This document shows positions 24,001 through 36,000 of a stretch of 46,432 bases of DNA, one piece after another. The DNA is taken from assembly GCA_043813605.1 (NCBI GenBank), contig JBDRKX010000100.1:1-46432 (forward strand), read 5' to 3'. The position numbers were made by a program, and so were the translations under genes. Under the pieces are notes generated by a model. It was given only the letters and a program-made list of their open reading frames with translations. It ran no database searches and was not told the DNA's origin. Positions within the stretch are counted from its first letter, which is position 1. The number at the start of each line of letters is the position of its first letter. Source of the stretch: Elusimicrobiota bacterium. GTDB taxonomy: Bacteria > CG03 > SLGR01 > JBDRKX01.

Positions 24001-27000
24001 CTATGATAAGAGAGATACTAAACGGGTACCTCTGGAATATCATAGACCCCTTTGTTGAGCTGATAGGCAGGTTCATGAGGATGTTTAACCTGTTCGTACC
24101 GACAGGGTTCAATGATCTAGCCAGGATAATAGTTGCCTGTCTTATCCCGTCAGCTGTTTTCAATATGATAATGACACTCATACATAAAGTTGCGGTAGGC
24201 AGAGCTCTAGTAGGCCCGGATGCTTCAAAAGATCATCCTCTTCTTAAACATCTTGAGAAATATCCGGATATGGAAGGCAGAAAAAAACCCGGTGCAATTA
24301 TACAATGGGCCCTGATGAGGTTTAAATACGATGAAGGAAGTACGGTAGAAGGGCACTGGGAAGTCTTTAAGAGAAGTTTTATGAAGCTTCCGCAGGCGCT
24401 TCAGGTGCTTGCTATGAGCTATATCCGCGTGTCTCCTAAAACAGCTCCACTCTCTAAAGCGTTTTCAACAGGACTCTATTACACATTGGGATTTTTGTCC
24501 GGTATATTCCTTAAGATGCTCATGGCAGTATTCTCACCTCTCAAATTCATGGGAATGCTTATTCTGGAAGCACTTATGCTTAGAAAAATAAGAGAAGAGG
24601 ATGTACAGATAACAGAATCGGTTATCAGCAGCCTTGCCGAGTTTACGGATGATACAAAGATAAAGAATACATTTGATCTCAGGGTCGGCGATGTTACGGT
24701 AGTACCTGACGGTGACGGAATCGTATTCCAGGGTCTGAATATCAGGACACTGGGGTACAATACACTGGAAAAATCTCCTCTGGATGTTGACCGCTATGAT
24801 GTAGCGCGTTACAATAACCAGTATAAACTTGGGATAAATAAATCCTGTTTTGCCGCCGCAGGTATCGAGGGGCACGAGATCGCGAAAAAATATCTGATGG
24901 GAAGGAGGATAATAATCCTGCTCCAGAAAAACCGCGACGGTACGCTTGCCATAGATAACGCGAAGAACAACAGGAACCTTGCACATTTCTATATAAGAGA
25001 CGATACGGATCCCACAGGCCGCCGATGGGTACTGTGGGCGCATAAGATAACAGAGGAACTGGGAGGCCAGGACGGTTGCGGGGATAATTCCTACGTAAGA
25101 GACAGGGCAAGAGATAATCCCGATCAGGTGATAATAAAATGGGATAACAGGTATAAACATCTCCAGAAAGACCTTCCCGAACTGCCGACATACCTTACTA
25201 TAGGAGAACCGTTAAAAGCGCCTGAAGTCGAAGAGGAAAAAGAAGATCTTCCGCTTGAATATGCTGAAGCTGAAGCAGTGCCTGGTATAGCGCCGGTACC
25301 GGAAGCTCCGGGAGTTGTCTTTGACCAGGATACGCTGATGGAAAAGACTATAGAAGTACTTTCCGGAGTAGAACAGGACGACTGGCTCCGTAAACCGCTT
25401 GATGACATAGTGAAAAACTTAATGGGCTGGGCAGAGCTCATGGATGAATTCGAAAAGTTCGGTGTTAACCCGAGAGAAATACTGGAAATATGGCAGTACA
25501 CTTTTACAAGAGACTCGGTAGGCTGGTCACTTTCCGGAAAATACAAGAAGATGAAACCGCCGAGACTCAGCGCGAAACAGGAACAGCTCTTTCTCGAGTA
25601 TGAGGATATAAGCAGGATAGAGGACCAGACTGCCCGTGAAAGGCTCACAAAACAGCTGAAAAAACTCTATATTACAAAATTCGGTGATATCGCAAAGATA
25701 AAAGAAGCAAAAACTGACAAAGAAAAAGCAATAGCTGAAAAAGAAGTAGCAAGAATCAAGCAGCAATGGTTCTGGGCCAGGTACTGCTGGGATGATGTTT
25801 CCAGGGAAGCTGTTCTCGGCCGGCTGGTAGGATGGAGCCATGTTATTGCGCAGATCTACAGGTTTTCCGGTACTCAGTCCCTGATGATAAGTCCGGAAAG
25901 TCTTATAACGGATAATCCTGATAAGATCAGGTTTCTTATGATAGACAAGGGAAGTTCGGCTCCGGTGAAACTCGAAGCGGGTGATCTGGAAAAGATGAAT
26001 CTTTCTTCTGCGGAAATAGACAAAATAGAGATATTAAGAGTAGGAAGAGGCTGGATTGAAAACAGTTCCAGGTCCTGGGATATACTTACAGAATATCTTT
26101 TTGGATTGACACTTTTCGGAGAGATACTGACAAAACATTCTCTTGTAAAAGATTCCGCGACAACCGAAGCATGGGAATCGCTTTCCGCATGGAAGTCCAT
26201 ATACCTCAATGCAGCTGCAAGGTTTATAACAACAGCTTCAACCGCTGAACCCGATATTGATGAAGATACAGCGGATTTTGAGCAGCTCAAAAGTGCAAAA
26301 TTTGCTTTGGCAAACGAGATACTAAGCGAATATTACAGGGTTATAGATGAAGACAGGAAGGTCATAGAAAAAGCGCCGGTTAAATGGGGCGAGAAGATAG
26401 CAGTTGAAAACCTCAAAGATGCCATGGTATATATTGCAAAATCACGTCTGCGCATTGCTTTTGGAGAAGCTTTTGAGGCGTTCAAAAAACCTACTCCGAG
26501 GATACTGGGAGGAATACATAAAGGCAGGGTTGTTTCCAGAAAAGATATGGAAGATATACTCAAACCGCTTGCGGGTAACCAGGAATTCATGTTCAGGGAT
26601 TTTTCTCTAAAACTTGAAAAGGCGCTTGATATGCCTGCAGGTACTGTAAGAATGGGTGAATATTTCAAAAAGAGAACAACTGAAGAATACGGTAAGACCG
26701 TAATGATCAGGATGAGCCAGGCGATAAAAGAAGACGGTACTCCTCTGTGGGAATCTCCCAGGGATTATTCGGGCGACCTGTTTAAATGGGGTTCACTCGT
26801 ACGTGCCGGCCCCGTGAACCTGGCTACTTCAAGCCATGATGCCTATGAACTTGTCCTTCATCCCGCCCTGTTCCAGTTAGACCCGCATACATTCAATTTT
26901 GTCATAAGATTCTTTATGGATCAGATAGACATATTAGCAAGAGGAGAAAAACAGCTCAACGAGGTGCGTTATTCATCTTTCGAAAAACTTCAGAAATCAA

Positions 27001-30000
27001 AAAAACTCGACAGAAAGAAAAATCTTACGGATGCAGAAGTGATTTCAGCAAAGCTCAAGATACTGGACAGGGGAGTTGTAACCGTGGTCCTCAGGGATAA
27101 TGAGGAATGGTTCGATATAGACGGCGAGGGAAATGTAGAGATAGAAGTGAAGGATGATTACCGCCGGGCGGCGCAGGGAATATCCGACTTTGTCGCTATT
27201 ACGCTGGAAGACATTGTCATAAGTTACGCTTCGGCGTCTTCAAAAGAGGCAGCTGAGGAAATGGCAAGAGTATTTGTCGCTAACGGAAAAAAAGTAGTTT
27301 TTATCGATGAAGAGATAGAGCCGGGAAAAGCCATTGACAGCCTGCTTCCGGCCGATGTGAGCCCGATCTTGCGCATATATGTGACTCCGGATACTGTCCG
27401 GGTGCGTAACGGCGAGGGGGGTATGCTTAAAAAGAGCATAACCAATAAACTGGCCCTGTTTATTTCCAGTGCACAATATGCTTCATACGCGTCAGCAAGC
27501 CTTAAAAAGAGCAAGTTCTTCAGGTACCTGTCTCCCGGTCTTCTGGCAAGCACAGAAGCAGCCGAACTTCCGTCGGCACCGAAAAGAAGACGTTTTACGC
27601 TCAGATGGCCGTTCTGGTTCACTTCCATAAATGTGATATTAGCGAGCGCGGCATTTCTCCTAATCATCGCTGCAGTACTGCTCCCGTACATGCAGCCGCA
27701 GGTTACCGCGGCAATGCAGGCATGGGGAGTAGAAGGTCTTGCCAGGTATATGACCCATTTCTTCCTCAGAAGTTCTGCCTGGTGGGTAGGTATAGCGAAT
27801 GCCTATTTTTCTGTTGTTATAGTCAATGCTGCAAGGGATTTACTGACACGTTTTATACCTGTATTCATAGGTACTTATATATTAAGAAAAGACCGCGGTC
27901 TGCGCGAAGAATTATCCATATACGGGGACACTAAAAAATTCCCGGGACTCAAGAACCATTTCAACCTTGTAGAGATCACTGATCTCGGCGCAGTACTTGT
28001 AAACAAAAGCATATTGTCGAAGTTCCCGAAATGGATGCAGATGGGATTATTCCAGGTAGAACTGAGTCTGGCAAGAGGGATGAAGAGGCTGGAATTCCTG
28101 TTGACTACAAACCATTATTTCACTATACGCAGGTTCTTCTGGCTGATACGCATGCTGCTTCTGGAACCGTTCTTTGTTTTTGGAAACATGCTTCGTTCAT
28201 TAAACCTGTTTATATGGCCGGATACCGATTTTGTCGAATACAATGATGCGGTAAATTCTCTTTCGCAGGATGTGCTGAATAACTATGATGTCAGGGTAAG
28301 TCAAGTACAGGAATATATTTCTACCAAAAGCGTGCTGCTGAAAGACGGTACCCAGATATTCACTGAACTGCCCAAGGTTTCGGAAAAGGGAACACAACCG
28401 GAACTTATGAACGAATCCCTTTTGAATGCCAATGACAAAGTAATCGTACTGATACCAAAAACAGCCGATATGACCCGCAGAACGGTCGAAGGATTTATAT
28501 ACAAGCTGACGGAGGTAAAACCTTCGGGACAGCTTGTATATTCCAGTATTCAATCGCAATATATAAGATCCAAAATAACTGAAGGAGATTACGGTGAACT
28601 GCCGGAAACTTTCTTCACTCTTCAATCGCATATAGATGTTCCCATAAGGCAGAAACCTGTCAGTAAAGAGGAACTCCGGAAAGCCAGAAGGCCGGCATTT
28701 ATCTGGTTAATAATGGGCATAATACCTTCTGCAGTAGTAGTTCTGCTTGTATTCACAGCTCCTTTTCTCGCTGTATTATCAACCATAGGGACAGCAATAG
28801 CTGCAGTTGCGGCAGGCGCGGGATTCAGTGTCTTTGCCACTGCCAAGGTTATCAATGCTGCGGTTTTTCTTGGTATGATGGGCGGTATTTACACTCTTGC
28901 CAGGATAGCAGCACTTTCACTGGGAGAATTTATTAAGAGCACATTTGCCCGGAGGGAGAAGATGATCAGAGCCGGCGTTCTTTCGCCTATGGCAAACATG
29001 ATAATAGAACGGCTTCTTCCTATAGCAGTGACTTTTTCGATGCTCTATTTTATACGGCCGGTATTCATGAAATTCTATAAATATCTTACAGAAGTGATTG
29101 AAAAAGGAGAAATAGAAGAGAGACTGACATTTACTATGGACGACATGGAACTCAGAAGAACTTTTTCGCAGCTGGGAGTCGGCATAGACGTTGCAACCAC
29201 AGAGGTGGGAGAACGTTTTATGAAACTCTATGAAAAGATACCGGGACTCAGCGCCGAATTAAAGAGCGGTGTCAATACTGATCTCAATAAAACTGTGCAG
29301 GATATAATTAATCCTTTTAAAAATCCGTCACCGGCAGATATTCCTAAAACTCCGGAAGACCTGAGAGATTCCCTTATGGATTGGCTGAATAACATGGAAG
29401 ATCTGCTTGAAAGACAGTGTAAAATGCTGAAAATACCGTTTACACGGGGTAATTTTTCAAGAATGGCTGTAGGCGAACTGACAGAGACACCGACAAAACA
29501 ACTAGCTGATATAAAAATTATGGAAAGAACATTCGGCGGTATAATGGATTATCTTGAAAAAGAAATTTTTGCCAAGGTGCCTGCCATGACCCTTAAGATA
29601 CTCGATCCCGAGGGTCTGCTTGAGCCGACAAGAACCGCATTCAGGGCTAAGATGCTCTCCCTTATACCGGATTCCTTTGAAAAGCACGGGCTCCCGGGCA
29701 TATATTCTGTTCTGCCGGAAGGAAGTGATATAAGGTCGGGTATGATCAACGAGTTGAGAGAACTGAATGCAAGTGTACAGGCGCTTGATAATATAGACCC
29801 GAATTCGCCGGTATTAATAGAGAAAGGGTTGCTCAGGGTCGGTGAAAGCGTGGAGTCTCTTCTGGAAAAACTTTCCGTAAGGCGTACGGGAATAATGGAC
29901 CGGATAGTGGATAATCCGTTAGTAGAGAAATACCTTAAAGAAGAAAACATAGATATTTCCAGATGGCGTACCCTCACATCGGAATACCGGTACGGTGATC

Positions 30001-33000
30001 TCATGGAAAAGATACATGGCATAATAAGAAGCGTGCCCAAGGATGAGATGGGCGGCGCTACTATTCACGAGGCGTATACAGAAGCGATGAAAGCGCTCAA
30101 TACAGGACTGGGAAGTTATGTCAGCAGGCAGGTTGAAAGTATACCGTATCTTACAAAATTGATATTCGAGATGCCGGTAGAAAAAGAAGGATTTAAAGCA
30201 TTGGCAAAAGCTGTTGCAATGGACCTCACTAAGGGCGGGCTCAGTGAAACATATGACGTCCCGTCCGGTATAACAGCTGATGTTGTTAAGATAATAGACA
30301 ATATCAGGAGTGATGAAATACGCTATTTCCTCGTTAAGGCACTTCTCGTACATAAGGGGGTAATAGCTCCGGTAGTCCATCTGACAACTAATGATGCCGA
30401 ACTTACCCGGCGGCTAACTCTTCTCTTTGACAGCTCGTTTGCCAAAGTTATAAAGTCGGAAGATCTGGGTGATTTTAAGGAAGCAATGGAGACTTACTAT
30501 AAGGGGCTGGACAGGATATTGGGCGAAATACCCGGATATGCGAAGGGAACGGGTGTAACAACTGTAACACTGGCAGACGGCACGGTGATAAAAGTGGCTG
30601 CTCCCGGCCAGTACGGCCGTTCAGGTGACCTGCAGGATCTGCATGAAGTGCTGAAGGAGACTTTGAAGCAGCAGAATCTCAAGGAATGGAAAGAAGTTGT
30701 CGCCAGGGGAGTAGGAGCCGGGGTCGATCTCAGTATAACTAAAGGAATAAGTGCGATAGTAAAGTTTGTAAAGAAACTGTTTACTGACGGAGAACTGGAT
30801 CTCAAAGTTTCCATGGTCAGCAATAATTTTGTGTCTATGGTAAACAAGGTAGTTTACCCCGCGCTGTCTAACCTGCAGCAGTCTCCTGACCTTATTACCA
30901 GTAACGCTCCTAATTTTTTCCTGGCTTCAATACAGGATCTGGATGATCCCGATCCTGTTATAGACCAGCTTATTAAAGCTCACGAGGCTATGATAGCAAA
31001 GGCCCGGCTTATAACAGCGGATTCATCTTTTGGCAGTGAAGTAGAGGGACTGGCTGAAAAACTTTTCCAGAAAAAGTCAGTAAATGACTATTATGAATTT
31101 GCTCAGAAATATGCCGAGTATCACGAAAGGCGTATAGAATTTCTTAAGGAACTGGCGAGAAAAACGGGGGCAACTGTTGTTACTGACAAGATGATGGATT
31201 CCCCGGCGGATATGGACAGGCATACGCGGCTCATGCACAATGAATACGAAAGAGCCAAACAGAGCCTTGCGATCGGATTAGGTAAAGCTGCATTGAGTTC
31301 GGCACTCGACGGAGATCTCGGCGGCGGCTCGGCTGAGATGCTGGTAGGCAGGGTATGGGATCTTATTCAAAAGAACACAATAGTAAAATTCAAATTTGCT
31401 ACCGGTATGGCTGAAAGAGTGGGATCGGATTTCAAAGAAATAGACAGTGTAATGGATACGCTGGTTGACAGGGATATCAGTTCTCTCGGCGGAGCGGTAT
31501 ACCTGGCATTCAGGGGAGTGACTAATCTGAACGAACTTGTCCAGGAGCATATAGATCCGCAAACATTAAAAGTTGTGCCTGCCAGTATGGATATAGTCAA
31601 GGATCATTTTGTAAGGATAATAAATTATATGAGGGCGCAGGCCATATATAAGAACCCCGCCGAAGCTGAAACTATTAACAGGGTGGTTAACAGCGAGATA
31701 GCCAGTATAGAGAGCAAATATGCGGGTTATATAAAGAATAATGACTGGAGTGACGGGGATTTTTCAAGGTTCTATATTTATCTCGGTAAATTTATTAAAG
31801 CTACAGATGATTCTTTCGGGAATGTCATGAGGACTGCCGGCGGTAGTTATATAGGGAATCCTATATATAAAGCATACCTGGGCACCCTGGGAAATGTACC
31901 GCTTGACAGCAGTATATCCGGATTAACTATAGAGGATGTGAAAGACGGACTGAGCAGGGCAGAAAGGGATATTGAAAAGAAGGTAGTCTATTCCATGACC
32001 CGGAATCCTCTAGGCAATACTGAACTCAGGGAATCCTCCGAAGGATTGAATAGTTATTTCGGCAGGGTATTTATAACCGACAAGTTCAGCCGCGACGGCA
32101 GTCTTATAGTGGAGAGCATGACAAATGCGATAAACATACTCAGCAACAGGACAGGCATGACAGCTGTACTTAAATCAAAGTTTGCGGATTTCCTCAATAT
32201 AACGCCGGGGACGTCAGGAGCAGTAGCTGTCACTAAACTGGAAGCAGCAGTAAAAGAACTCGACAGGGTGATGATGGCTGTATACGAACAAAAGGGGCTT
32301 CCTTATTATAGAAATCATCTGCATGGCGTATTAGCCGGTTCAATCGATTACAAACAGATCGGGACGAATGATCTGATAGATACTTTCCAGAAAGTAATCA
32401 TAGAGACGGGGCAGAAACTTACTACGCTGCAGGGGTCTCCTGATCTAAGTAAGACTTTCTTCGCTGAACACTCCGAAAGACTGACAGACGCTATGGCAGA
32501 TTCAGATGATTTTGCGGCGTTCAGGGTAAACTCTGCCCGCGATACAGGAAATTTTATCAAACTGATACAGATCGTCAGCGGGAACCGCGTAGGCGATATA
32601 AATGTAGGTAATATATTTGACGGGAATACAGTACAACTGGCTGATGTGGAAGATTATGCGAGGCAGATGGAAACAGTATTACGGAAAGGCGGATTAGCTT
32701 TTGACAAAAACGACCTGGTAAAGATCGCGCGGGACGGTATAATAAGCGGAGAATATGATCTTGAAACCCTTAAGAATATCTATTTTGCTATAAGAGTCAA
32801 AGCTCAGAGTATAGCACTGGATGCATTATTTAAAAAAATAATGATGCTCGGACGGGACGAACTTCTGACAGTGCTGCCTAAAGGGATATCCGAAGAAACA
32901 GCAGTAGTAGATGATATAATGACAGGCGGCGTGGTGAGACTTGAAGACGGCCGTCCTTTTAATATAGCCGGCGCACCGAGGTCTGTTGACAGGGATGATA

Positions 33001-36000
33001 TTCTGGATGCATTGCGCGGAATAGCGGGTAAGTCCGCGCTTCTCCCCAAAGGAACAGAGATCAAACTGCTGATAACCGGTACCGGCGATGCATATATATA
33101 CGCCAAGAATTCAGTAGGTGTATATGAAAGTGTAAATCATAAAATGTTCCCCATGCAGAAACTTGATGTTAATATGCCTCCTGTATTGAATACAACAGAC
33201 GGGTACATCAACCCCGACCGGTTTCCGATAGAAGGTATGGATGCAAGCGTCTCGCCGGAAGAAGCCAGGGAACTTCTGGACAGGCTCAGGGCGACTTCAA
33301 AGAATCTTGCGTATATAACCTATATCCTCTCAGGAGGCACGAATGAAGGCGGGGAAGCGTACAAAGCTATAATGAAAGAGGCTGTGCGTTATTTTGGAAA
33401 AGGAGATATGTCTTCGTCGGAACTCAAAGAGCTGGGACTTAGTGAGAAGGATATAGTAAAATTCAATCCGGCCCGGCTCAGAGAAGATTCTATTAAACCT
33501 TTCTTTGAGAGTGTAGCGGGCCCTGTATCTGAAGTGATCAGGAAAGCGGGCGGAACTGTTACTGAAAAAGATATAACCGATGCTATTGCTTATAAACTCC
33601 AGCTGGCGCATAAGCCGCAGATGCTGGCGCTCATACTCGAACTGGAGGTGTTCCCTCTTCTGAGAGACATGCTGGGCGAACCGATAGACCTTGCTGATTA
33701 TAATGCCCCTGCGATCTTTGATCTTGCCATGGCCAAGGTATATACACCGAAAGCGTTTATACCTAAACATAATTATATGATGGAATATGTGCTCTCAAAG
33801 ATGGGGGAATTGGAACTGGATACTGTAGATCTGAAGACCCGTCTTGCAGGCATAGACTGGTATGACAGACTGCCCACAATAGACAATGTGACAGGACATA
33901 CCGGGGAAGTCTTCGACATATATGACAGGTTCTTTACAAATGAATTCAAGTCCAGGGGACTTGCCTATGAGAGCAGCCTTAGCGAAGTAAAAGATGAACT
34001 GAAAGGACTTGTATCTTCAGGTAATGAAGACATAGCAGTCATGAAGAAGGTATACAATAAAGGTGTAGAAGAAATGGGCAGGCTGCTCAGAATACTGCGC
34101 AAAATGGAAGAACCTGAAGGATTGCTTGCACAGGCCGTAAGTGATATAGGTGCAGAAACGCTTGAAGATAAAGGTATCCTGGCGGCAGGCGCTATTGCCG
34201 GCGGTACAGAGAAAGGCGGCCTGCGCAAAATAACGAGTATAGTATGGCAGTCATTCAAAGGCGGATTCTTTAAGTCGCTTCCCTACATAGTGTTCCTCAG
34301 CAGTCTGATGCTGATAAGTAAACCGTTTGCCTTTTTTGTTATAGGTCTCAGTGTACTTAATGTCTTAAGGAGTCTGCGATATTTTCTCGGAGGGTATTTT
34401 ACCCTGCTTAAAGGATGGCGGAAAGATATAGATGAACTTACGGTGCGCAGGGCGGATAGTGTAGACTTGAGGTTCCTTCCTGCGGATAAGATGCAGCTCT
34501 TATTCTTCTCACCCATGATACTCAGCATGCTGCTGCCTCAGATAAACAAACTCGATCACCAGTATAAAGTAGAAGTGATACAGAACTATCTTTCAAGGCT
34601 CGGGGAAAGGTCCCGGAACTCAATATTAAAACGCGCAAAATACAGGATAAAGATAGACAACTGGTCAAACAGGCATCCTGTGCTGGGATTTATAACTCTT
34701 ATGCGTCTCAACAGTGTGAGGGAATTAATAATACCGGCTATACCGGTTATCGTAAGAGCCGGCAGATTTATAAATAGAACATTCTCCAGAGGTCCTCCGG
34801 CAGCTGTAATAGTGGATATAGACGCACTCGTACAGCAGACCATAATGGATCCCGCCAAATATACCTTAGAGATGTGTGACGCCTCCAATGTGCTGGAAGG
34901 TACCCTGCCGGTGAACGAAGCCCTGTGGACCCTGGAAGAACTTAAAGACAGGGGAATAAAAATAGTCTATGTGAGCAACAGGCATTCTGACAGTTTCAAA
35001 GATGATATATCAGTATGGATGAAAGAAAACTACCTGCCTGAAGGTGAACTTTATCTAAGGGACGGTACCGATCTTGGAGAAAAGATAAGAGCTCTCTCCG
35101 ATAATAGGTATTTCTATTTCGGATTGAGTAACCAGTTCAGCATGCTGGATCTTTTTAACAGCAATGATACTGTAGGCCTTACAGTGAGGACAGGTACAGA
35201 GATATGGGATAATTCGCTGCAGAGTCAGATAATGGAGATGATATCGGCGCCCCGCAGGGAAGTACTCAGAAAGATAGCCGAAAGGGAAGAAAGAAGACCG
35301 GAAAGAGAGGCGCGGGAGCTCGCCAGGATAGAGGAATTCATTAAAGGCACTCTGAATCCGCGTATGGGTATGATCTCTGACAGGCTTCGAGATACCAGGG
35401 AATACCTGGTAGAACTGAGCGGTGCAGAATATGCTGATGAAGTGATCAAAATTCTGCTGGAAGGATATGATGTTCACGGCAACTGGGACAGTCTGGAACT
35501 TATCGGAGATAAAGGCAGTTCTTATGACGCGAGCATATTCAGGGTGAGGGCAAGGAATACCGCGGCATTGGGGCCGGCTACAGGTGATATAGTATACATA
35601 CCGGCTTCAGCGCTCATGTCTGATGATAATTTCCGCAGAAACATGCAGGAACTGACAGAGCTCGGTGCTGATCAGAAACAGGTAGAGAGATTCATTTCAG
35701 AATGGGTAAAACAGGAATCAATTGCTCTTTCCGCAGAAATGACACTGGTGAACGCATTGTATGGTATTGACAGTGACGGTGCTTCAGGTGTGGTTTTTGC
35801 AGGCCAGGTGATCAGGGAAGACGGAACCTGGAAAGCAGCGGATTACGATAACTGGGATTCTGACTTGAACCGTGCCAATATTGCCAGAAGGCATTCTCTT
35901 GACCTTGCAAAAGAGGGAAAGATAGGTTTTAGAAATGATATTCCGGCTGTTTCCGATGAACACATGCTCGAATGGTACCAGGATGAATACCTGAGATACC

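Noticed and set aside
32904..32930. VVDDIMTGG as a phosphoribosyltransferase PRPP-binding loop
   Set aside because: It lacks the TGxT ending and following helix. The surrounding pattern fits a degenerate SNase-like fold better.
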